The notes under the pieces were generated by a model. It saw only the letters and a list, made by a program, of their open reading frames with translations. It searched no databases and had not been told where the DNA came from. A stretch of 46,643 bases of DNA, the filler included, from Jimgerdemannia flammicorona (taxonomy: Eukaryota), in NCBI GenBank assembly GCA_003990765.1. It is 2 parts of 2 records of this genome, joined end to end, with 100 filler letters (N's around TTAATTAATTAA, not from the genome) between each part and the next. Parts side by side here need not be neighbours in the genome. Positions count along the whole stretch, not along the records: positions 1 to 23,275 come from RBNJ01001126.1; 1 more part is not named here. One strand, written 5' to 3'. A program made the position numbers and the translations under genes. Shown in pieces: positions 8,762 to 23,375 of this stretch (within the stretch, counting starts at the first letter, position 1; every line of letters begins with the position of its first letter).

Positions 8762-11700
8762 TGGGACCCCCTCCCACTCCCTCATGTTTGAAGGCCACTT
8801 TACTATCTACTACCAGAACCCCCACCCACCCCACAAATTTTCTCTACTAAATATCACTGATGACCTCCCTGCAGACCTCATCCCAGCCACTAACCCATCA
8901 AAACATCCACCATCAACCCTTCTCACCTTGTCAGCTGCTCCCCTAAACTCAAATGTCTCTCTTTCTCAAAAACAAAGTCCAGCCAACCTCACTTATATAG
9001 CTAAAACCCATCTAATAATGAGTCACTCATTTCCATCCCCCCCCCACCAATCTATCTCTCAAATCCTCCCATTTACCCCTCTCACCATCCCCCCTCCTCA
9101 CAACACCCAATCTATTTCCAACTACTAACCAAAAGTCTCCAAGTATCTCACACTCTCCCAGCCAATGTTCTGATATCTACACAAACCCCCCTTCCTGTTC
9201 TACATTATAACACTCCTCACAATCAAACTGTCTGCCCTCTATAAGATGGCCTGAATGAAAGTTGAGCATGACATTTCTCCTCAGCAAGCACTACTATACT
9301 GCCCAGAACTTAGATAGCAGCTATCACCATATCTCAGCACTCTAGGTCCAGACTTTATTCCAGTCCCACTCTTCTCCAATACCCACCAACTGCCAGCCTC
9401 TAGACCAGACATCTTGTCTGAACCCTCTCTGGCACTCTATTTCATCACTAATATCAAAATCAATTAGTAGAATACCCCCTAATAATACTTGATCCCATCT
9501 TCACATCACTGGACCCCATGATATCTCTCCTTTAGCCCTCTGCCAGCAAAGATCAATATAGTGTACCCCATCAACTACTCTATACCAGAAGCTCTTATAC
9601 TTCATACACTCACTATTACAAAGCCCAATCAAAGACAGTAGATCTCCTGTGGAGCTCCTCAGTGCAAACCTTATCTCCCAGTCCTTTTTCATCAGAGAAA
9701 CTCAGCTACCACCTCTCAGTTCTACAGCTCTCTTCAGCCACTAAGCTCTCAGATAATATAACCTCTTTGGAAAGTCAACCAGCCCAAGGTCTCCTCTATC
9801 TACTGGTAATGATAGAATTTCCCAGTTAATCTGACTTCACCTCTCAGCCTATATCCAATATTTAGCTAGCTTCAATAGCCTCTTCACTACCCAGGTCAGA
9901 ATGTCTAGATGATAAGCTAAATACTACAGCTTTGGCAGCCAGTAGATATTCAGGATTGAAACATAACCTATCAAGGAGATGTAGTGGCCTCTCCATCTCT
10001 ACAGAGTCTCCCCCCAGATAGCCACCCACTGCTCCCACCAAGTTCTAGATAGGACTAATCCATAGACTAAAAGGTAGGTGCCCAAGTACTATACAATATT
10101 TCCAGTAGGAACAATTGTTCCAATGACATCTCTTCCCACCAGATCATTGTCCAACATTATCATTTTATACTTGTACTAGTTGAGTTTTGCCCCAGAGTGC
10201 ACCTCATACCACTATACCATTTCCTGAAGTACCCTGACATCTGCAATTGATCTTAGGTCAACCACTATATCATCTACAAAGACCCCAACCTTCCAGACAA
10301 TTTCAAATACTGAGAGCCCCACTATCTTATATTGAATCCTATCCATCAACAGCTTCAAGGATAGAGTATACAAAATAGGAGACAAAGGGTCCTCCTGGAA
10401 AACATCTCTATCCAGAGAGAAAGCCACTCCTTGATGACTATTATATATGAGTGCTGTTCTACTCCCTTCTAGTAAGCTGATTATTAACACTCAAAACTGC
10501 TGAGAAACTCTAATCTTATCCAGTATATTCACCAATCAGATCTGCCTGACCTGGTCATAGGCCTTCTCCTGATCCAGAAAGACCAATCTTCCATTCAGTC
10601 CATATGTTTGAGCCCCTTCAATGATGCTATATACTCAAGCTATATCATCTCTAATGAGTCAGCCCCCAATAAAACCTCATTGCTCCTCATCCAAGACTTA
10701 CTGGGCCACCTTCTGCAGCCTTGCAACAACCACCTTAGTGACCAACTTTTTATCTATATCCAGGAGTATGATTGGTTATCAGTTTTCCAATTCTCTCTCC
10801 TGCCCTTATCCTTATACAACAGTACTACCAGCCTTAGATCCTGCTCTCCCACCCATCTTCCTAACTATATTACCAAGTCACAAAGTACCATCATCTCTCT
10901 CAATACCCCAGAGACTCCCACCATCTTCTTCCAGAAGTCCTAGAGCAGACCATCCTCTCCTGGTATAGTGTTCAGTAAAGTTGCAGCAAGAACCTGGTGA
11001 ATCTCCTCCTCCTGAACTGATATCACCAAACTGCCAAGTCTATCTACTTATGGTAGATGCCAATCCTTCAAAGTATGTTCAATAGTAGCAGTATCTGCCC
11101 CACTCTCCTTCTCACTCTACAAACTACTCCATCTCTCTTTCAGCAAGCCCAAAATGTCTTGTGAACTATATACCAGCAGACCATCAGAATTCAGTACCCC
11201 TCCCACCTCTGCCTCACCCAAAGAATCCTTGAGAGATACTTAGAGGGCCTCTCTCTCTCCTCCAGCCATAGTTATATAACTATACCTCCTCTCTTAATAC
11301 CTGTTGTAACTTAGTGATCTTTAGCTTTGCTTGTATCAACTATCAGTTCTCAACCTACTCCAAGTCCAAAAGACCTGTCCAATTCTCCTGAAGCCAGGTA
11401 AAACTAGCAGAGACCCAGGTTGTCCTCCTTCTCCTCTATCTTCCTGCTACCCTACTAGCCTCACTCCAGTAAACCCTAGCAGCCTCCTTCAAACTCATCT
11501 ATTGAATACCCACTGGGGTGCTCTCTAGGACCCAACTCTCTAATTTCTGCCTAATGTCCTTGACCCAAGTATTCTACAGCCCCTTCTCAGCTAATAAAGA
11601 GGAATTGAGACACCAATGTCAAGACTCATCCCCAATTCCCCCAAACTGGCCATATCCTAATAAGTCCCAATGGTCTGATTATAGACACCATACAGCCTCC

Positions 11701-14177
11701 AGAGACTTCCAGATATCCAGTCCCCAGCAATCAGCTATTAGTATCCAGTCAATTCTAGTCTCCAGGCCATCCATCTAATGGGTATAGATCCTCCTATCTC
11801 CCCACATCACTCAACCAGTATCCACTAAGGAACTAAGTTGCTCTATCTCCTCCTAACTCTCTAGACCACTACTTCTGCCCTCTGCATTTCTCTCCCCATC
11901 TGTTCTATCTAACTGTACTGAGTGAACCATATTGAAGTCTCTCCCAAGCACCTCTACCCCAGCCTCTGCAAGTACTCTACTATCCAAAAGACTCTCAACT
12001 CACTCTATATACTTACTTCTAACTGTAGGGCAGTAGTAAGATTTAACTATAATTAACTTTCATCCAGGCTAATACCACTTTCCTCAAACTATATAATCTC
12101 TCCAGTTCCTGCTCTCACATATTTCCTCTTTTACTTTCCACACCAGTAGTCCAATCTTATCATTCCAGACTGCAGCTCCACCCCATTCTCTCATCCACTC
12201 CTATTGATCAAGATCTTTCTCATATTGCACATCCTGTAGAAGAAAAAGATCAATCTCTAATTCCCTTAACTAAGTAAAAATATTATGTCACCTCCCAGAA
12301 CCCCACAGACCATTCATATTTAATGAAAAAATATTAGTTATATTATTCATAGATAATAATGTTGAAATAGATATATTCTCTTCACAACTCCATATTTACT
12401 TCCTCTCTAGTCAAGTCTAATTCATGCTCAGCAGCAGCCTCTGCTCTCTCAATCTGCTTAGCTTCTAGTTTAACCAAAAGCTCATCTATCATCTCATCAT
12501 CCTTCAACTCCATCTTCTCTCAGTACTCTAAACAAGCTTCTTGCCAAATTTCCAATCATGCCTCTGTTCTCACCAGAAGGCTGTATGCTCTCTAGCAGCC
12601 ACTACTATCTCAGCCTCTCTCACAACATCTACCTCATAATCCTCCTTATCTAAATATACTATCAGCATCTCTTTCATCAGGGCCTCTACAATACTATCTC
12701 TCTGCAGAATTATCATCAAGAACTCCTTACTGATAACTTGCAAGTTCACATCTCCCAACTTCTCAGCCACCAAGTTGTTCATTACCTGGTATATCCACTG
12801 TAAGTCCCCAATCTTCTTGCCCCCAGGGGTCACTAGTCAGCCAGCACCAAGTATTAGTATCTGCTCTAGCACTTGTAGACTCATCCCACTTCTCCTCAGA
12901 GATATCCACTAGCTTCTAATTCTTGACCTCAACTACTTGCCCTCCACTTGTCATCTCAGATACTTCAAATCAAACATGGCAAGTCCCCAATATCTCTACA
13001 TTCTCTTCAGACATTGGCCAGATGATCCAAGCCTTCCTTTCTCTATCCTCACTCTTCTCCCATACCTCCAGCATATCATTATCATAAAGAGCCTGATCTC
13101 ACACCTCCTGACTCCAACTCCCAGTCTTCACACTCCTTCTCTTCTTCTCATCTGCCCAGACACTCTCCTGAGTACCCCCAGTAGCCTTATCTAAACTGAG
13201 TGATGCCTTCTCCTTCTTCTTCAAACTAGCCAGCAACTCTTTCTATCTCTTATGCCTCTGAGCTCTCTCCCACTATCTCTTATCTACCCAAATATACTTC
13301 CCATCCACCACCTCCAAGTGAGTCAAGTCTATATAAACCTTCCATGTCTTGGTCTACTGCACCACTACCCTACTGAGCTCCTCCAGCACCTCCACCAAGT
13401 TCTTCTCCTCCTCTATACTCTTCTTCACTCTCATCATCTTATAGATAAATATCCCCCACATCAGTACTGAGGACCAGTTTCTCAATTTCCCTATAGTCTC
13501 CTTTCTAGCCAGCTGGTGTCTGATATCTACATCTCCTATTCTGAAAGAAGTCTCCTTCCAGACCTGGAAACCAATATCAACTATCTTATCATACTCAGCC
13601 ATAGTCCCTCCTACTCTTCTCCTCATCTCAACCATCATCACCATAGGCACTCCCTTCACCAGTAGCTAGACTACTCTGGGGTCTCACCTCAGATAGCAAG
13701 CCATTAGAACTACTATCTTACCTATAGTCAACTCTGCCTTCAATGCCTCCTCTAGAAGAATAGCTTTCTCAAAGCCCATCTCTACTCTCTCAAGCCCCTT
13801 TAAGAACTTTACTGAGGCAGCTTTAGTCATCTGCTTCAAGATCAGCCCTAGAACTATTTTCACTATTACTGCTAAGCCTTAGAAGCATAATGTGACTGCA
13901 AACTCTGAGATTGATTTCTTGAGTAATAAAGCCACCACTAGGCCCATTATACTATTGACCAGATCTCTCTGCCTCTACTGATCCCCTTGTATAATATCAC
14001 TATCAGCTATTATCTCTCTTTTTTTTTTTTCTGATTCTCTATAATATCTCTATCAGCAGTCACTCCACAGTCTCCAGCCACAGCCCTTCCTACTCCTATG
14101 CTTACTGTCCTAGACAGAGAGCCTCCTGCCCTCCTCAGGATAACCTTGTCTTTCTCCACAGCTCTACCTACCTGAGT
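8762..14177 (-). mobile_element. Degenerate L1/Tx1-like non-LTR retrotransposon (ORF1 fragment + APE-RT ORF2)
   Basis: RT remnants (RDVFQEDPLSPILY, VFVDDIVV). ORF2 starts at about 12350 with an FSLNMNG endonuclease start. ORF1 remnant YDKIVDIGFQVWKET. Collinear with the 23376-29064 copy, with many stops and almost no CpG. Boundaries approximate. Confidence 0.85.
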
Positions 14178-16245
14178 TGTAAGCGCACAACCTCCAAGCC
14201 ACTGAAATTATATGTCACCCTCCGAACAAGCCACTGAAATCACACGCGACCTCTGAACAAATCCGGAAACCACCTGCTTGATCACGAAGCTGAGTCAAAC
14301 CAAAGTCACAGCACACAAAGCTGAGTCAATATGAAGTCACGGAACACAAGATCTACACAAACAGAACCTTACCAATCAGGACCAAATGCATATATACCGA
14401 GCACCGAGACACGTCGAATCAGAGAACCAAAACAAACAATAACCACAACTTCCAAATACACAAACATGACCACTGAGATCTACAACCATATCCGCACTGA
14501 CATTTGGAATGCTATTGTCAACCGAGCCACACCCCCTCTGCCCCTCATGAATATTTATAGCCTAGCACCCCTCTACTTCATGGAAGCCCGATGGAATGCT
14601 CTGAACATGCTTAGTGAGACCCACCGAATTGGACAAATCTCAAGCTACTATCAGATTGGCTGCCTCCTGGAAGACATGATTGAATACCACCATGACACAG
14701 ATATTACTCAGATGTCTCAACACCAGAAGCTCATCGCCCACAAATATCAAGAACTCTTCTATGAGTACAACACCTTTATTCCCCGCCTCTGAGTCACTAC
14801 TAGTGAAATGGTTGCTACCCTATCCTATGGCCAAATCGATAACATGATACAAGAACTCAACCACAAGTACCTCGAGTATGTCAAAACCACAGACAGAACC
14901 TTCCCACACCCCAATGACCATATCCTGCAAATACCCCAAGTTGGATACGCCATGAAAGACGTCTATGATACATATAATCCACTTCGATAAAGATGAAGCA
15001 GAAGACAATGATCCCTCTGATGCCGACATGACCTCTAGCCAAGGATCTCTGCCAACCCTGATCACTCTGCCAACCTTGCCAATGAACTTGCAACAGTTCA
15101 TAACTGTATACGAGACTTATTGGGACAATGACCACTGGCACGAATACTAACCAGCATTCACTCCAGACTACTTAAACTACAATGAAGAGACCAGAGAATA
15201 CAACCTGTACCTCCAGACAACCCTTGAGATCGAACCAACCACTCTACCACCTGAGTACGAGTGACATGAACCACAACCACCAGCTTACTACAATCCTGCA
15301 ACTCATAGTACGGTAACCTATAGAAGGTATGCAGATAGCGAATCCAATGAAAGCGAAGATGATACATCCATTCTTCATCCACCAATACCTTATCCAGCCT
15401 ACGAGACAGACGATGCTATCTTGTGGGATGGAGACAAAGTCCCTATGTATCACTACCTCAGTGAACAAGGAGAAGTAATCCGCAAACCACTTTTCCTAGA
15501 CGACTACTTCATTAGAGATGATGCAATCGATGGTGATATCATTGAGGACTACCCAGACAGTGCCTAAACCCATAAATAGCCTAGCAGTCATAGTATAGTT
15601 AGATTAGCCTTGTACGACGTGACTGTAAACTGACTCAGCAGTCAGACGATCTCTTGACATATCAGATCACTCTTGTACTATGTGACTGTATTCCAACTCA
15701 GCAAAGTACTTAGTGCTACATCCATATTTAGTATAGTCCAGATAGCCCCTCACTAGTATAAATACCCCCTCCCCCAGACCTTAGAATCTCAGACCTGAAC
15801 AATCCAAACACAACTCCTGAGCACTTCCCCACAATACTCCTTCACACAACTACTCCTAGTATAGCAATATCATGAATAGCGAATAAACCTATTTAATAAC
15901 CCACAAATCACTCTTAAGTAAATCCACTCTCCATTAGGTCCTACTCCTAACCCCATCACGAGATTTCCTAATTGGGTATTGTCTGCAGCGATACACCAAT
16001 TCAACTAAGCTGGTCTTAGTTTCTTGAACTTCCTGAAATATGGAAAATCCTGAACATCCAGAACTAGTCCAAAAAAGGACTTTGGTTGAGATGTCAATCC
16101 AATCTTGAAATCAATAAGCATAGAGGACGTACTCCATACGAAATTGATCTTGACCATAAAGAAAATGGTCTTCCAGAATATCCAGAACTCCCAGAAAACC
16201 CTTCTAGAACTACGTAACAGTTACCCTAAAAAGCAACCCTCTACA
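14178..16245 (+). repeat. 5' LTR of gypsy A copy 1 (about 2.07 kb)
   Basis: TG...CA termini (TGTAAG...CTACA), TATAAATA at 15757, AATAAA at 15882, followed by the PBS. From about 14922 onward it is homologous to 30131-31403. The 5' boundary rests on the TGTAAG motif at the LINE junction. Confidence 0.7.
14331..15567 (+). pseudogene. Decayed ORF of about 410 codons inside the U3 part of the gypsy A LTR; function unknown
   Basis: ORFs 14331-14792 and 14808-14990 are in one frame across a single TGA. A 4-bp insertion near 14970, absent from copy 2, shifts into the 14965 frame, which runs to TAA at 15567 with only two single stops (TAA 15148, TGA near 15262). Confidence 0.6.
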
Positions 16246-16248
16246 ACT

Positions 16249-16260
16249 TGGTAGCAGTAG
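16249..16260 (+). promoter_or_regulatory. Primer-binding site, initiator tRNA-Met-like (TGGTAGCAG)
   Basis: TGGTAGCAGTAG lies 3 nt after the LTR-terminal CA and resembles the complement of eukaryotic tRNA-iMet 3' ends. Confidence 0.7.
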
Positions 16261-18277
16261 TTTACAATCCAACTCCACTTCAAGACACTTCCTCACCCCA
16301 CTACAAACCCTTCTGAGAATTCCTACAAGTTGGTATAAAGCCCAACCTCTGAACTGGAATTTATCCTGAACCATCTGACAATCTGGAGAGAATTGAACCT
16401 GACGTACAAGGACAATTTGACCTCCACACCTACAATAAGTGGGATAAACTTCATTCAAAGAAAGAAGTACTCCGATTAAACCAGCAAATAGGCGAAATCC
16501 TATTCACTGAACTCCTTGCACTCCACCCAGTAAGTCAAGATGAAGAAGGTCTTATTGAAGCCTTCTTTACTCTTCTCAACAAGAGTTTTGTCAGCTCCAC
16601 AAATCCAAGTGACCTAGGACAACTAGCAGCAGTCTTTCTAGCCTTAGTTCCTCATGAAGTCCAAGCCTCTGTAGCCAAGTGGCTCAACTCTACTGACTTT
16701 CACCATACCAGGACCAAGACCACATTATACTACCAATTCCAGAACAGCAAGGCCTGCCATATTCTTAAAGAAGAAGTAAGAGAAATTCTTCATCAACTAT
16801 CTGACCCCGAACCTGAAGCAGGCCCTACTACAGCTCTACCTGAATCTGAAACCAATACCAAATCTGAACTTGACTTTGAATTAAGTCCATCTGAAATCAG
16901 ATATACAACTGATTCCGTCTACTTTGATGCCGAGCAAACCCAATTACATGGGGACCAAACTGAAGAGGAGGAGGAGTATCTCACTGAATTTGATCCCGGA
17001 TACACCACCGAAGGAGATGTACCTCCATTAGGACAGAATACACCTATACAGCAACAAACAGTTATCTATCAAGCCCTTACTCCAGATCCACAACTACTAC
17101 TCCAGCAACTTACACAGATCCAAAGAACCCAATCACACTCTGTACCAGTACCTCAAGTAGTATCAGTAATACCATTACCAGCAGTCCAACCACCTCCAGT
17201 AAACAACATGGCAAACCAACAGATTCTTGATCTCACAGCCCAAGTAGCAATAATGGCAGCAACCATTACTGCCTTAGCTGAACAGACCTGACCTACAAAA
17301 AATCTGAGCCTACCTACCTTCAATGGTACTGCACAAGAAGTCCAAAGCTTTATTAGTATAGTTGACACCAACTTTGAAGCCAATCAATGGACCAATGAGC
17401 AAGTGGCTGACTGCATTCTGACAAACAATCAAGACCACACCCTAGAACAACTCTTTGCTACCACTACAGCCTATATCTGCCGAGTTGTTACATTCTTCCG
17501 AGGACCTGCTGAAGAATGGTGGTGAACCCTTCCTGAAAAACCCCTTACATGGAATACCTGACCTACAGTAGTTGCTCAGAATGCAGCAAACAATGCCCCA
17601 GGATATAGAGCCCATCCTGCAGCCCCTGGACTCAAACAACTCATGATTGCTCAATATCGCAGCGAAACCATGATTGCTGAATCTCGAGTAAAACTCCGCA
17701 ACCTCAAATTTGATATACATGGCAAAGAAGAATTCGAAACCTTCTGTACAAAACTCGAGTCACTCCTGAACACTGTTGGCCTAGGATATATTACCAACGA
17801 TGAAGCACAAAATGGTACAAGAGCAGACCATTTATTTGATGCTCTGCCTGAATGGCTTACTAGAAAAATCTGAGAACAAGGCCACCCAGTTGGTTGTGAT
17901 CACCAATAATGGTGCCTGGCAAGAATCAAGACCATGGTCAAGTGAATCCTAACAGCTGGACCAATTCTGCCCCAAAGACAATTTAACAACAAGGAAAGGA
18001 CTTGGACCAAGAAAGAAGAACCCAAGCATGAAGCATCCCGAGCTCCCTCCACATCCACCTCTTGGACACCCAGAAATCATAAACCCACCCAGCCAAGTAC
18101 CTTCAAGAAACTTACTGAAGGTGAAAGAAATGAACTTCGAAGAAGCAGAGCATGCTTCTATTGCCGAAAGACAGGACACATGGCCAGTGCCTGCCCCAAC
18201 CGAAAACCCTGAACAGCAACATGAGCAACTGTGACCACTCTGCACCACCTCAACAACCTGACCACCAGAACACTAGA

Positions 18278-18682
18278 CTTTATCAAGTTAAGACAAACTG
18301 CTAAGGCCCCAACCAAAGGAAGTCAAAAAGCAGCCAGATATGACCTATATGCAGCCGAAGAAGCTACAGTTTCCAACTGAGAAGTTAAACAAGTCTATAC
18401 AGGAATCAGTATCCAAATCCCTGAAGGACATGTTGGAAGAATATGCTGTCGCAGCAGCCTAGCATTGAAAGGACTCTCAGTAGAAAGAGAAGTCATTGAC
18501 GAGGATTACACAGGCGAAATTATTGTCCTCATTCAAAACCACAGTTGGACACCCTTCAAGATCTCTATTGGCTTCTGCATCACTCAGATCCTATTCGAAA
18601 AAATCGAGTCAACCCTGACAGTCAAGGAAGTCCCTGAACTACTGCCCACTATCCGAGGATCCAAAGGATTTGGCTCATCAAA
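18278..18682 (+). pseudogene. dUTPase domain of gypsy A, between the gag zinc knuckle and the protease
   Basis: All five trimeric dUTPase motifs are recognisable: AARYDL, RSSLA, VIDEDYTGEI, ITQILF, RGSKGFGSS. Confidence 0.9.
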
Positions 18683-19877
18683 CAAAGCCCCAGCCCAGCC
18701 TACCATAAGCAAAGATGAACAATTCTACAAGAAGATCGAAGATGGATATGTACCAAATGGCCGATGCCCTCATGGCATTGGAATGTACTCTTCCCGAATG
18801 ATTGATGATTGCTTCTCTTGCGTCAATGAACTGGCTCAAAGAAGAACCAACAGAAGAAAGACCCCTACAACTGAAATCACCACAATTGGATCAGACAAAC
18901 TGCTCACCCTTAAGGCTTTTGTCAATGGAACACCTGTCAAGATTATGATAGACAGTGGTGCCTCAGACAACTTCATCAATAAAGAAACAGCCAACAGACT
19001 CAAGGTCTTTACCTCTCCAGTACAGCAAACTCAAGCAGTTGCTACAGCTGATGGAATCTCACATGTTATTAGCAAAGAAGTCTGCAATCTACCCTTCCGA
19101 ATTGGTGACTACTGAGTACATGTTACCCTCCAAATTGTACCACTTCCTGACAATGAAATCATCCTTGGGACTCCATGATTAAAACAAGAGAACCCCATGA
19201 TTGATTGGGTAAACCATTCCCTGACCATCAAGAAAGGACGCCACAACTTCAAACTATAAGGCGAAAAGGACTCACTCAACTCTAGTGACTCTGGACCAAA
19301 GATCACCCACATTAACAAGCTACAACTCAAGAAATTGGCCAAGAAATGCTCTCTCTTCGCCATCTCCATCCGACCATCAAAAGGAGAACCTGAGAACTCT
19401 GAAGAAGATTTTTCCAAAGTTGACAGCCATGTCAGACCACTACTCCAGAAATTCCGAGACATATTCCCAAAGAAGCTCCCAAAAGGCCTACCTCCCAAAC
19501 GAGCAGTAGACCATACAATCAAGACTATCCCAGATGCCAAACCAGCCTTCAAGTCAATCTACCACATGTCTCCGAGAGAAATTGATGCACTCAAGAAGGA
19601 AATTGACGAACTCCTAGAACAAGGATTCATCAGACCTAGCGTATCACCCTATGGTGCACCAGTCCTCTTTGTTGTCAAGAAAGGAGGAGACCTACGAATG
19701 TGCATTGACTACCGTAATCTCAATGAACAGACCATCAAGAACTGTTGCCCACTACCAAGGATTGATGAAATATTTGATAGACTTACCAACCCACAATTCA
19801 TGAGCTCTTTTGACCTGTGAAATGGTTACTGGCAAATTGCCATAAAAGAAGAAGACATCTACAAGACAGCTTTCTGA

Positions 19878-22160
<2,283 letters not shown>

Positions 22161-22475
22161 ATTATGTAAATTGACATATGTATGCGCGTGGTTGTAAAAT
22201 TCGCCCAATTTAGATGTCCAAAAAAAAAAAAGGACTGGTTTTTTATTACTTTATTATAAATTAGGTTAAATGAAGATTTAATTATTTAGCGTCCTTTGAC
22301 AAGTTTTGTTGATTTCTAATTATTTTAATATGACATTTTTCTTAAAAAATGGATTTTCTGATTCCTCAAGTTAATTATTTATCAGATTTAATAATATCTC
22401 ATTTTTTTAAAAAATCACCTTAAGGCACCTTTTGAAAAACCGCGCCCCATATTAGCACAGCCTCTGAGTTTAGAA

Positions 22476-22521
22476 GGCCTCGAGTTTGGTACGACGTGGG
22501 CCTCAAGTTTGGTACGACGTG
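22476..22521. repeat. 23-bp tandem duplication
   Basis: ggcctcgagtttggtacgacgtg followed by ggcctcaagtttggtacgacgtg. Confidence 0.9.
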
Positions 22522-22774
22522 GGTCCTGTGGCTTTTTGCCCCGCTCTAATGGACCTCCAATTTGGACGTCTGTCATAATGTTCGCTGACATCTTAGATTG
22601 CCCTGATAAGGGGGATTGCAATAAGCTGTAAAACCCAATCGCTGTAATATTACTAAAATTTGTATTACTGCCGAATCATCAAAAATGGAAATCAGGTAAC
22701 CAGTCACACAAAGACCGCAGTTCTACTTAAATAAAAGGATCAGTTTGAAAGTGAACGTCCACCAAGAAAACATC

Positions 22775-23275
22775 ATGGACATAACTATCGTTTTCGAAAC
22801 GCCAGATCAACCCATAGCGGCTTCCGCAAAAATCAGCCAGGGGAAACAACGCTGCGACAACTGCGACAAGAGTAGAAAACATTGCGACAAGGACGAGCCC
22901 TGTGGAAGATGCCAACACTTGGGGAAAAAATGCACATATTCCCCGTTGAAGGCTTTGCAATCGTCAGTGGCAACGGAAAAGAGGCCGGCGAAAAGGCAAA
23001 AGACATCCCAGGAAAATCAAGGCATGTTTGAATATTTTTAAGATGGGCTGGGGAACAACCGATACACCGAATCACAACAATCAAAATCGTTCATTGAAAC
23101 AGTTGCCATCATTTGGTTTTTTGAAACAAACAATTTTGGAACTAGCAGCTAGTGGTACAGATAAAGAATGCCATATCACCTGCGGTTGGACACTGTCATT
23201 GCTAGGGAATATCGAAGTAAAGAGGGCACTCACGGGCATCGCTAAAGACAAGGAATACTACAACGACATCGAGGA
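22775..23275 (+). CDS. Zn(II)2Cys6 binuclear-cluster protein, 5' part only (runs into the contig end; exon structure after about 23021 uncertain)
   Basis: RCDNCDKSRKHCDKDEPCGRCQHLGKKCTY matches the C-x2-C-x6-C-x5-C-x2-C-x6-C pattern and is followed by NLS-like KRPAKRQK. The first frame stops at 23041 and a second open frame continues to the Ns. Confidence 0.7.
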
Positions 23276-23375
23276 NNNNNNNNNNNNNNNNNNNNNNNNN
23301 NNNNNNNNNNNNNNNNNNNTTAATTAATTAANNNNNNNNNNNNNNNNNNNNNNNNNNNNNNNNNNNNNNNNNNNN
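23276..23375. other. Artificial 100-bp contig linker (N44-TTAATTAATTAA-N44)
   Basis: Symmetric N runs flank a palindromic 12-mer that has stop codons in all six frames; total length exactly 100 bp. Confidence 0.92.

Noticed and set aside
14291..14328. Two TGAGTCA (AP-1/Gcn4-type) sites in the gypsy A LTR
   Set aside because: They could simply be CGAGTCA deamination products within a short duplication; no functional evidence.
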